Of a stretch of 64,000 bases of DNA, positions 1 through 18,781 are shown piece after piece. The stretch is from Lingula anatina. Lineage: Eukaryota; Animalia; Brachiopoda. Below the pieces are notes generated by a model that searched no databases, was not told the DNA's origin, and saw nothing but the letters and a program-made list of their open reading frames with translations. The position numbers and the translations under genes are program-made. How positions within the stretch are numbered: position 1 is the first letter of the stretch; the number at the start of each line of letters is the position of its first letter. The stretch spans positions 6,262,001-6,326,000 of the forward strand of contig CM120640.1 of assembly GCA_051362555.1 (NCBI GenBank). The letters are read 5' to 3'.

Positions 1-1073
1 AATACAAGGAAATGGTATGATGAAGCCAATAAAAGTGCAGATGACCCTTTGGTTTTCTTGGTTGGAGCCAAGAAGGACCTTGTGGTGAGTTACTATCAGA
101 ATATTTCTGCTTATTTCAGACTGAAATAGCCTGTTTTAAATAGTTAACAATTAGAAGACCAATGTCTTTTGAACATTTTGTTTGAAAAAGTCAAAGGTGA
201 TTAATTTGAGAATACATCACAAATTTAATAGAAGTTTTGATATTTTTATCATTGCTTGCATGTTGTTAAGTTTAGTAGCGTGGACATTTGATAATTGAAA
301 ATGATTTATATAAACAGAAGGATGTTGTTTTTGTGATAAAATAGTCAGAAGCAACTTACAAAGATGTTGAAGACAAAGCACTAGATATGGCAGACCAGTT
401 GAAAGCAGAATTCTGGGGGGTGTCATCCAAGACAGGTAACTTTTAAATTCAATAATTGCCTGAAAAAACTTCATTTATTCTAAAGAATATATTTTGATCT
501 TTTTATTTAATCATCGACAGAATTAATTGAAATTTGCCAGAAAAAATGCTATCTGACAGTTTTTGAAATTATTTTGTACTAACACACTAGTTCGGAGACA
601 TAATTGATCTTTTTTTATAGTCAAAATAATATCTTAAATCATGTAATTGTTTTGTATTTTTCATTTGTGAACAGAAGAAAAGTTTGGTTGAGTTTCATAT
701 CATTTTAGGTGAAAATGTTCAAGAGTTTTTCTTTCGCCTGTCATCACTCATGTTTGACAAAGCAGTTCTAGATGAAGTGGAAACAACAACTGCTGGAAAG
801 CAAATAGGACATTTGGGAACTGGAAGCATAAGTAAGATTTAACGTATTAATCAAACCCTTCACTTCTAGAATTTTAATTCTTTTAAGTATAAATTATTTA
901 TGGACAAATTTTATACATTTGTCTTAAGCTCATAGCAAAGTGAAAACACGGCCCTCTCACATTGATACTGCTGCAGCTGCTCAATAATGGTTAATGTTTA
1001 TCCTTTTCCAGAAGTTGACAAGAATAATGAAAATATGTACGACAAAAGCAAGAAAAGCAAGTGCTGTCAGTGA
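1..1073 (+). CDS. Rab34/Rab36-like small GTPase, 3' part (exons ~1-84, 345-435, 709-830, 1012-1073)
   Basis: Spliced translation ...WYDEANKSADDPLVFLVGAKKDLV / SEATYKDVEDKALDMADQLKAEFWGVSSKTG / ENVQEFFFRLSSLMFD... / ...KSKKSKCCQ*. FLVGxKKDL (G4) and W.VSS.TGENV.EFFFR (G5) are Rab34/36-type; C-terminal CC prenylation motif; GT-AG junctions. Confidence 0.85.
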
Positions 1074-2529
1074 GGAAGTGTCACGTCAGATATCTTTCTG
1101 GTGCTGCAAAGTCAAGTTTTTCAAGCACGGAATAAAGACAATTCTTTGTCTGTGCCCAAGAAGCTAAAAAAACTGGAGAGGGGCTGTGTGTGTGTGATTT
1201 TTGTTGTCTTATATCTTTCCGTTTTCTTTGTAGATAGACTATATTTATATCTCAAAGAAATGATATACATACTTTTTAAAAAAGGAAATTAATACCAATC
1301 ATTATACATTGCATTTCAATCCAAAGTAAAAATACAATATTTCCATGCAATTGTTCACATTACTTATACCAAGTGAACACCTATAAGTGGAAAGTGGTCA
1401 AAATAGGTGCTTTTACTTTTGAGTTGATAACTGGATAGAGATATTAAATTCAAAAACTGGAAGTTGGACAAACTCAATCAAATGTCATAATAATTTCAAG
1501 TCACAGTTCTACAAACAGTCCCACTTATTGCTATCAAGAGCTTGGAACATAAGAGGTCACAAAGGAACCGATACAATTGTTTTCAGTAATATTTTTCTCT
1601 GTAGACCAGAGAATTTTGATTATGTTGTTTCAAACTATTTTTTTTTTGTACACACAGGAATGTGGTCACATGTCTATGCACTTTTCATGATTATATACTT
1701 ACATTCCCCTATATTATATTTGTAATAGCATTAGAGCTTATTTTTCTGTAGTTTTTGTATATTGTGTCAACTCCGTCCATGGTCTTTTACCTATCAAGTT
1801 ATCGACATAAAACTTAACGTTTTTTCTCCCAATTTTGAATATAACGCTTTTAGAATATACACATATCATCATTAATATTTTTCATTATTTTTATTTATTT
1901 ATTTATTCTTTGTAATTCTCGAATATGATGAACGAAAGTGAAGCTTGCTAGGTGTATCAAGCACCTCTAAACTCGTGACCTATGGGGTTATGTAGTTCAA
2001 TGTAGGCACTTTGTCATTCAAACTAGTATTTTCTGTATTGACATATCCCAGAGTTTCAGTAAAAAGTGCACAATTGTATCCAACTTTAATGTTGGTTTTT
2101 CATGTATGAATATATTGACCAAATGCACATTTAATATTCTATGCTGCCAACAATTAAATGTCATTACAAGGGGGTAGTTTGGGTTTGTATTAAAAATTTT
2201 GAAGTGGGAAAGCTCATCTAGTTTCTATTTTATTTGTTTTAATTTAAAGTGACTTTAATTGCATTGAAAAAGAATGGAGACAAACACTGTAAAAATGTAT
2301 GCTGGTAAAAATTAGGTTTACCTTTATATTGTAAGGTTCTTGTTGCCAGTGTTATGTTCTCTCTTTACTCTGTATTAGGGTTTTCTTTCAAAACCTCATC
2401 AGGGTTTTCTTTAAGTAGATGGCTGCCACCAGACTCTGCTCTGTGAAAAACTGCACAACACTTCAATTTGGTTTTCTTCTTTTATTTTCTAAGAACACTA
2501 ACAAGTCACATGTATATGTATCTGTATTG

Positions 2530-3250
2530 GGAACAAGATACTTTTCTTCAGGGCCTCCCTCGCTTCCTCCAGATTTATGGGTGTTTTCTTGTCCACTGCC
2601 ACGGCGGCTTGGTGGTCTGGCAAACCTTTTATGAAGTGGTGCAATGCAATTGTCTCACGGGCGGTACAGTTAGCCATGGGTTGCCCTTTAATACTAGCTT
2701 TCTAATATCGGAGATGTATTTTGGGAGTTTTTCTTTTGGACTGAGCTTTCTGTTCTCTAGCTCTGATAAATAGGAGCTTGTAGTGTGCTTCTCTTGAAAC
2801 CAGTTTTGCAACGCCTTCTGTAGCAGAGGGTAGGAATTCACTACCTCTGCTAGAAACTGAACAAAGGCGAAATCAGCAGCCTCACCGCGCAGACTGTTAC
2901 ATAATCTAAACAGTTTTTCTGACTCACTCCCTTCACAAGTCTGGCTTCGAGCTTTGAATGGCTCAATAAAACCCTCCCATGATTCTTTTCCACTAAATAG
3001 TGTCTGTCTGGGCAAGGAATTTCACAGTTATTCTGTGTACTTGTACGGCTAGGACTGTTAATTCTGTAAAATAGGGGTGTTATTTCATTTGGTGCTGGGT
3101 GATTTAGTGTAGGGGTGATTGTTTCTGTTATGACTGCATTCTGGGCTTTGTGTTCTGTTGGCATAGCTATCTCTTTCTGTCGTTCTAGGGCTCTGACTGC
3201 TCTGCAGCCTCAGCATGTGCTTCTAAGATATCAGCATTTTCTTTTGCTTT
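2530..3250 (-). mobile_element. Decayed Ty3/Gypsy-type gag fragment
   Basis: ORF 2629-3015 (FSGKESWEGF...EKLFRLCNSLRGEAADFAF...SSYLSELENRK...YISDIRKLV) continues after a frameshift as ETIALHHFIKGLPDHQAAVAV...EEAREAL, a capsid-like pattern of invertebrate Gypsy gag. No pol or LTRs seen. Confidence 0.7.
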
Positions 3251-3721
3251 TCTCAATAATCTTTCTTTCTCTGTTACAATATTATATTTGGATGGAGAAG
3301 AGAAATATTTTATACATTTTTTGTTCTGTTGAGTTATATGTGCAAATAATACACCAAAATGACGATAAAGATCATAATAAAATCATATTATATGAAAAAG
3401 TTTAAATTGCATTTTAAGCTCCTCTCAATATCACATTTTTTATTAGAATTATTATTAAGGAGTTTTTTGTTATGTGCTGTAAGTTAATTTTCAATAAAAA
3501 TTTCCAATTTAATATATTGTTAGTTTTATTTTTCAAATAAAGCTTTAAAATTTCTGGAGGCTGGCAAGTGCCCACATGAAAACACCAAAAAAAAAAAGTA
3601 AAAGCAGCATAAAGATTAAATTTCTTTTGATTTAAATCAAAGGGAAAAATCTTCACATTCACTGATACTATGGCAAGAAGGCTGGCTGATGAATTTTTTA
3701 AAAACATTCATCTCGAAATGC

Positions 3722-4340
3722 AACAAGGCAGCAAAGCTGTCAAATGTACAAACAAAAAGCAAAAAATAAAGATGCACAAAATAGGTTATTTTGTCAATTT
3801 TGATGTATTAATACATTGTGTTTAATACCAAAATTAACACTAAATTTTACATGCACTTTAACATGGGCATAGGGACTGTCACTTACATCAGACTTTAGGT
3901 TCATTAGAGTTCAAATTCTCACATGGAAATGCCAGAATAAGAAAATTAGAAATGCACAAAAAAACTCCCATAATTAACAAAATCCAATCAAGCTGGTTTC
4001 AATTTGACCTGTATGTCAATCCAAAGAATAATTCTTGAAAGTTACAAAATAAAAAGTAACACAACTTTTCTTTCATAGTGTTTGCCGTGGCAGTGCACAA
4101 AATAAGGTTATTTGTCAATTTTGATGCAATATTAAAAATGATTAACAGCATAATCACCACCAATCTTTAAAGATCTACATACTAAGGTGCCCTTCGTAAT
4201 TATTTGTTATCATCCCTACCCAATGTAAGTCTATGTGTGAGACCTCAAATATCACTCACAAATCAGTTTAAATCTTTTAAGTAAATATAATAGAAGCACA
4301 CCTTTATCTCAATACAAAAAGTTCTCACCTTTGCTTTAAG
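3722..4340 (-). mobile_element. 3' fragment of the Helentron-type family found at 58138-62548
   Basis: 3722-3754 AACAAGGCAGCAAAGCTGTCAAATGTACAAACA is the reverse complement (1 mismatch) of 62515-62547; homology continues (ATGCACAAAATAGG...TGTCAATT.TGATG; GAGTTCAAATTC). Right boundary approximate. Confidence 0.65.
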
Positions 4341-4937
4341 CACACTCACAAGTAAAGTGCCATCCAGCATGTAAGTTTTTGTCTTAAAGCATTGTTGCAG
4401 AGGACGGTGGCTTTAAGGGACCCCGAGTATCAAATATTTATCTACAACTAGCATATACATAGTATTTCTTAAAAGAGAGTGTATGCTGAAACTCGGGGAG
4501 CCTGTAGTATCAACAGAAAAAATTAAGGTGATGGACAAGTATACCCATAAAAAAGCCCTATTTTCTGGTTTAAATAATGAAATAAACTTGTGTATCACAG
4601 TGGTTGATATTATGATATATTTTAATGATAAATTTAAAAATAAATTTGAAAAAAAAATCCATGTACTACAAATAAATTTTAAAATTAGTAAAAAAAACTA
4701 TAAACCCTGCATATCTGTCATTATGTAATGTTACCATCAAATACAAACGTAAAATTGTATATACTGTGTCCTTTTATATAAAGCATCTCCAGATTTGGTG
4801 CTAACAATAGCTGTGACTGACATATAAATGTGTATGTGTGTGGCTTCCTGTACCACATATATAGAAATGCTTGGTAAATGTGAGACACAGGATCGTAAAA
4901 TAAATAAGACACTGTTGCTTATTAACTTTACCTATAT

Positions 4938-12227
<7,290 letters not shown>

Positions 12228-12966
12228 GGTTTCTGAAAGGTAATTTAACTACAGTTGACAAAAATCTAATTTGTGCAAATAACATAACTAAGATTGAGAT
12301 ATAATTTGGCTAAATTTCAAAGTGACAAAATGATGAACAGTCTTTGACATACATGTGTGAAATCGAACGCGTGAACAACGCAATTGGAGCTTTAGACCCA
12401 GCTTATATTTTATAAGTACCATACAGTTGTATAAGGACACGTCTAAATACTCTGTATAAGTATGTGGATCTATTTTAAAGGACTGACGCGCCCTAATCAT
12501 CTAAGCCTGGTGCAATAAACATCACATATTGCATTGGTGACGAAGCACTTTTTTTTAGAAAAGGCATAATGAAAGCCTAATGGCGTACAGGTACCAGTAC
12601 ATACAGTACAGTACATGTTATGGATCATGCATGCACGAATCTTTTCAGGTATCGATCGATGTTACAGGCAAATATATATATCCACTGTACTGACTGATAT
12701 GCTTTCATATGATACAATTTACATAAGTCACGACAAACATCAGCGATTTTATCGTTACTATAACAAAGACACCTTGTTACAAAACTAAATCTTTGCAAAA
12801 TACACCGGCATAAAACATTAGCAAGAACGGCATGCATAGTTAAAAATTACAAAGAATAAGATATTTAGACTTATTTGTAAAATAATTCTTTATATATTGC
12901 CCTGTGACAAAGACCACGCTCGAGCGTGACAAAGACCAAAACATGACGTATACGTACCGGTATTAA

Positions 12967-15895
12967 GGACGCTCTCTCATATTTCAGATTTCATATTTCT
13001 GCCCTAGCGATTTTGATTAAAATTGTAAGACAAAATCTTCTTACCATATGAGTAAAAAATATGAAAAAAAAATTGGGGGTCACCACGCTCGTTTTCGAGA
13101 GGTGGCGTCCCGAAAAACGCTACGTTTATTACATTGCGTTATATGGGGATTTTGCCAAAATGCCCTTAATTTTGCTGAAAAATGCAGAAATAAAAAATTC
13201 TGCCCTAGCGATTTTAATTTTATGTGGATATGTTATAGATCTTGGTAGACCTCAAAGAAATTTACAAAAAAATATGTACCACACCATGCTTGTTTTTGAG
13301 CCAGGGCTGCTTGAACATCGATTTTTATCAAATTTACATAGGAATCAATGGAAATTTCCAAGCAAATTTAATAAATGTGTTTTGTATCGTGGGTTTTTTA
13401 ACTCATACATTTATTTTGCTTCCATGAAAATTATATTTATACTTCTCTGCATCAGCTAACCAAATTTCATAAAGTTTGCTTATCCCATTCATAATAAATA
13501 GATATTAATATGTTGAAAGTATCAGTTGGATTTCAGTATGCCTTATGGAATGCCGCCATATTGGATTTTTCATAGGCTGGACCCACAAGCACATGTATCA
13601 ATCTCTTGTGACTTTTATCTTCCTATTCCTTTTTTCTTACTGTTTTATACATTTTTAACATTGAGATAGCTGGATAGATTGTTTGCTTTGTATATTTTAA
13701 TATACATTGTTTAAACAATGTATCAATTTCTTACTACTGGTACGTTACATGTAGCCATATTTCTTGACAAACGTGCTTTGGAAACTAGGTGGCAAAAAAG
13801 TTAGAATATTCGTCTAAAGACATCTTTTGGTTATCAGTTTATTTCGATTTCATATTATATTTACAACATGAAATCAAATAAATATATATAATAAATATAC
13901 ATACATTTTTAAAATTTAGGCATTAAAGACATCCTACATGCATTTTTCTTATTACTTTATACATTCTATTACTCTTTTTTGTGTTTAGATTAATTTTACA
14001 TATAGAAGACAATAAAGACCATCTAGACCTCTTTGAAATGACATGTGCAAATGCTGATATATTAACCACGACATCTTGATTTTCCCCCTAAACATGAAGA
14101 AATTATTATTATAAACTAGGTATTATGTAGAATTTGCTAAAGGTTGAACACAGAATTTTGTTAATTGAATGGGATGAAATAAAAAATCAAATAACAGGGA
14201 TCTTCCTGGGTCAAAATCTGGCTGGGCCATTTTTAAAAAATGTGTGCCTTAAATTTTTTGTGATAATTCATTATGTTTCAATATCATTTTTTATTTTAAT
14301 TTTAATCATATTATTTTTCATAGGCTAGGCAAATTGACCAAAAGCATAATTATATCAATCTCATGTGACTTATTTTCTTATTCCTTTTTATTTTTATTTC
14401 TTTTGTTTCTTTATTTTTCTTACTCAGTACTAAAATATGCACTTTATGGTAAGATAGCTGGATAAATTGTTTCCTTTGTATATTAACAATGTATCAATTT
14501 CTTACTATGGTAAGTTAGTCATATTTCTTTTCTATATATGGAAGATGGTGACAAAAATACTCATCTACAGAAATCTTTGATTATCAGTTTATTTCTGTTT
14601 CATATTATGTTTACAACATGCAATCAAATACATATCAACAGCATATAAATATGCATATTAATTTTAAAATTAAAAAAATCATACAATTTTTTTATTACTT
14701 TTATGCATTTTGTTACTCGTGGTTTTTTGTGTTTGGATTGATTTCACTGAGAAGAAAATAAAGACCATCTAGACCTTCTCTTTGAAAATTAATTACAAAT
14801 TCTGATATGTTAACTCTGACAGCTTAATTTTTTTCCTACACATGGAGAAATTATTTTTTTACAAACAAGGTTTTCTACAGAATTTGGTAAAGGTTTCACA
14901 CAGGATTTAGTCAATTGACTGGGATAAAATAATAAATCAGAAAAAAGGATTTTCTTCACTTTCATCATTGCAAAAATTAACTAAATTTTGTAACTCAAGA
15001 CTATCTTTTAATGCATTATGGGCTGAATAATTTCTGTGAAGTAATAAATTTACAAACTAAAGTCTCTTGGTTATGATTGGGTAAATTAGGATAAAGTTGG
15101 AATAAAGTACACTTTATCTTCTAAAATATACTGTTTATTTTCCTAGCATCAAAAAAGTATTACATGTATCTGCATAAAAACCCTTGGTCCTCTGTTGTAT
15201 GTTTTATGGTTTTGTCCATTTGCACTTTAACAAAACCATTACAAGAATGACGTCGCAACACGCCAGGCGGGTGCACACCGGTTGCATCTTTTCTGGAGAG
15301 CTGAAAATCGCACTGTTTGCAGGTCATATTGTTCAATAACATACTTAAATCAACAACAAAACGCCATGAGTCTAATTATTTTAACTTATTGTGAAAGAAG
15401 AGAATTGTTTTCAGCATACAAATCACGGTAACTTGGCCCTGGGTGATCGGAAACCAATGCTGAAGAAGGCAATGTCTTGTTGCACACATCGTAACCATGT
15501 GATAAATCACCACAATACACATTGTGGTCAAAATGCAATCAATTATGATTATTTTCCGTGAGATACGATCTTGTCACTGCTATACAAGCCTTACTAAAAC
15601 GTTCTTTTCTGTCCCTTCTTCACGTAATTTCTTACATTGCGGCATTTGTAAACAAAGTCGCAAGTGGGTACTTTACGTCGTAAAAGACCAAGCGTTCACA
15701 GATACGCAACGCATTGTTGACATATTCGTAGCGCTTCGACCAAAATAACATCAAAGATTTCATACTGATTTCTTAAAAGGGTGAATTACGTATTTTATTG
15801 CATGTTATATGTTTATCATTAGCCGCTATCGCAAAAAACTACTCATGCGCGAAATCTGCGCAGATCGCAAAAAAAGCTAATATGAGAGAACTACC
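12967..15895. mobile_element. Probable non-autonomous Kolobok-type (TTAA-specific) element with internal duplication
   Basis: TTAA|GGACGCTCTCTCATATT at left, AATATGAGAGAACTACC|TTAA at right (14/17 inverted match, GG terminus); no intact ORF. Confidence 0.5.
13567..14955 (+). repeat. Diverged direct duplication, ~640 bp (13567-~14205 vs 14316-~14955)
   Basis: Collinear shared blocks TTTTCATAGGCT, ATCAATCTC.TGTGACTT, GATAGCTGGATA.ATTGTTT.CTTTGTATATT, AACAATGTATCAATTTCTTACTA, TTATCAGTTTATTTC, AATAAAGACCATCTAGACCT. Confidence 0.85.
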
Positions 15896-16245
15896 TTAAA
15901 TTTTCTTGAAACGATCGAGTTCGACTGACGTATCTTTTATTTACTTACAGAGGGCACTACATTCGCAAGACAAGCTACGTTCTGTATAAAAGGCGAGCGG
16001 TTCACGCTCGATCTCGATTGTCGATCTCTCACTATGATTGGTTAACAAACCGGGTAAATTAATATTAAAAAACAAGATAAAACGACTTTAAACTGCCACA
16101 TGAGTCTACCACAACGCAAAAAGGTTACACGTTATTTTAAAACGAATTTCATAAAATCGCCACATAGGCCTACCCCGCCTCTCCATAAAGTGACAATAGT
16201 TATTTATGTAGTGTATAAGAAACCTTAGGGTGTACCGTTAAAATT

Positions 16246-16410
16246 ATTTGCAAAATTGTAAGCGGAGCTATTTATTAATCAAATGGGCAAAGAAACGTTA
16301 TTGATATCGCCTCTGCTACATTTGCAAAATAGTATGTGGAGCTATTTATGCTATTAATCAAATGGGTAGGCCTAATAGAATGTTATTGATAACGCCTCTG
16401 CTACATTTAT
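16246..16410 (+). repeat. Two-copy ~80-bp tandem repeat
   Basis: ATTTGCAAAAT...GGAGCTATTTA...TTAATCAAATGGG...GTTATTGATA.CGCCTCTGCTACATTT occurs twice. Confidence 0.75.
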
Positions 16411-17472
16411 TTGTAAAAAAAATTGCTTCGATGGTTTTACAGCAACCATGTACTTTTCAATAAAAAAAAACCGAACACGTAACCGCATTGCGTAGGCCTG
16501 AAAGGGAGTCTCTTCCTAAGATGGTTCGTAGGCAGGTAGTTTTTAGGTGTATCCGTTAATGAAAAGTCCTGTTTACTCTGATTTTTCATTGAAGCAACGT
16601 TAGAATTCATAGGTCAATTGATCATATAAGATTATAATTGGCGTAAACCGTGTGCATGAAACGCCCAGGTTTCGACTGTGTTAGATGAGATTGTGTTATT
16701 GACCTATGAATGGAGAAACTTCCAAGACTATATTGTAGGCTACGTTGTTTTGATAGTTTGAAGATAGGTGGTATTCCTAACACAAACATACAGTTATCTC
16801 TACGTATGGTGTGACGAAGGGAAAATAGATTAAAAAGTTCAGATACCATGCAGTAATTTACTTAGACGGAGCTTGACACAACATAAGATATAAGCTCAAT
16901 CAATAACCACTTTCGCAAAATCGATCACTTCAGAATTTAGAAATTGGTTAAACAGTGACTTATTTAAATGGGATACATGTACAGGCGAGGCTGGTATGTA
17001 AACAGTTCTAGAAAATATATGCATCGCACAACGCCATCAATTTAATAGAAAAAAGCATTTTGAAATAGAGAGAATGCATTTCTAAACTATCGATTTTAGA
17101 TAAACTGAATGTCAAAATACGGATGAAATGACACACGGCAAATTAAACCAAACAAATGTCCCAAATTTAATGTGTAGCCTATGTTTCCGCACGACGATTT
17201 CAGTTTTATGGTGTTGAGCAACTGAAACTTGGCGATGTGAAGTGTCTTGAATGGCAAACTAAGAGAAGAAATATGTGTATTTAGATTAGTGTTGCAGAAT
17301 AATCTGAGTACCCAGTATTGTTCTTTTACACGAAATTCTGCCTCGACTTGTGCTGTCTTCCCGGGACAGGGAAAGAAGTCTCCACGCGAGAATTTACAAA
17401 ATAAGTTTCTTACTTTTTTCCTCAATATTGAAAAACTTGAAAACGACAAATAATGTTTAAAAGAAGCTTTGC

Positions 17473-17511
<39 letters not shown>

Positions 17512-18107
17512 AATGACAAACAATAATCACACGCACAAAACAGGGACGGACTGGACATTTTTGTCCTAAATAGATAAATAGGCCTATGCTAATTTTTAGC
17601 TTATCCTGTCCTTTTTTTAAAGTCTTGCTATATGGGACAGCCGAATAGTAAAATTCTCAAGTTTTAGGTTAAAGTACATTGTTCCTAAACAAAGTACATC
17701 CGTTTTGTTTTGCATCTTTAAATACTTTCTCACTTTTGACGTTTGTATCTTTTTTTTTTTTTTCTAACCGACATAACAGGGTTAATATTTATTCTTCTAT
17801 TTGTATTTTGAGATCACACGTGGAACTTTAAATTTTAATCTTAAAAGATTACCTAAAATAAAGTTTCTTCGCCACATTATGATAAGCTACGTGAGCTTTT
17901 TTCGTCTTCTTTTTCGCACTAAGGTCTATTCTTTCTTTAATGCCTAATATTCGTCATCTTGCTGATATGTCCCTATAAATATCCGATACGGCAAAATCAA
18001 AATATTGTCAGTAAAGTATACGACATCAATACTGTCCTTTTAAAGTCGGGCTTCCCGTTTCCTTGTCGACTTTGTCAAACTATCAATTATAGGCCTTCCA
18101 CGGAAGC

Positions 18108-18470
18108 TAAAACTAGGTTGGATTTCAATCGAACTCTATTCATTTCAATTTATTTTGGACCAGAGTCCTGAGATTGCAAAAGCTATTGATCAGTCAAGAA
18201 ACTACGTTATTCAAGTCAAGAAGTTGGACATTCCGCCGTTTGCTGAGTCCAGTGCGATCCTTTTTGCGAAGATTGTCTATTAGATTGTGAGAACGCCGGC
18301 CTGAACGAATTCCAAACCTTTTTATGACCTTAACATATGCTGCACGCATCTCAGCGGTTAAAGCCTAGGTGAACGAAAATAGATAAATATACAGAGAACA
18401 CCAGCGCAAACTACTTAAAGGTGTCGGCTTCATCGAAACAGAGGATATATTTTTTACCTCTGGATAGCGG
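18108..18470 (+). promoter_or_regulatory. Promoter/5' UTR block conserved between the two nAChR paralogs (matches ~51835-52220, - strand)
   Basis: Shared collinear blocks CAATCGAA...ATTCATTTCAATT.ATTT, GTCCTGAGATT, AAATAGATAAATATA, GCTTCATCG.AACA, TATTTTTACCT...GATAGCG. Confidence 0.7.
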
Positions 18471-18781
18471 GCTAAAAGTAACGCTCACAACTAAGTTGGA
18501 GGCTTCTGAATGCAGCTTTAGTAAATGATTACGGATATGAAAATGTGTTGATTAACGGAACCAAATGCTTCAATGCCTCTTCGCACATAGACGGTTCACT
18601 CCACGGGGAAGAAGATATTCGAAATAGCGCTCGACGAGGAGAGATACTTCGACATACTGTAAAGACACCATATGTATATAATGATATCAACTGACCAAGT
18701 AGAGGGATGTGATACTTGGACAAGAAATATCAGCCGCTAGAAAAAACAAAGAATTTTACACGTGCTACAAAACAACTGACG

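Noticed and set aside
15160-15780. THAP/transposase remnant inside the TTAA element
   Set aside because: Only short ORFs with scattered Cys/His; no convincing motif.
17096-17536. 146-aa ORF with poly-Lys and the many other 60-150 aa ORFs in the track
   Set aside because: Derived from a poly-T run, intronic low-complexity DNA, or exon read-through; no recognisable domains.
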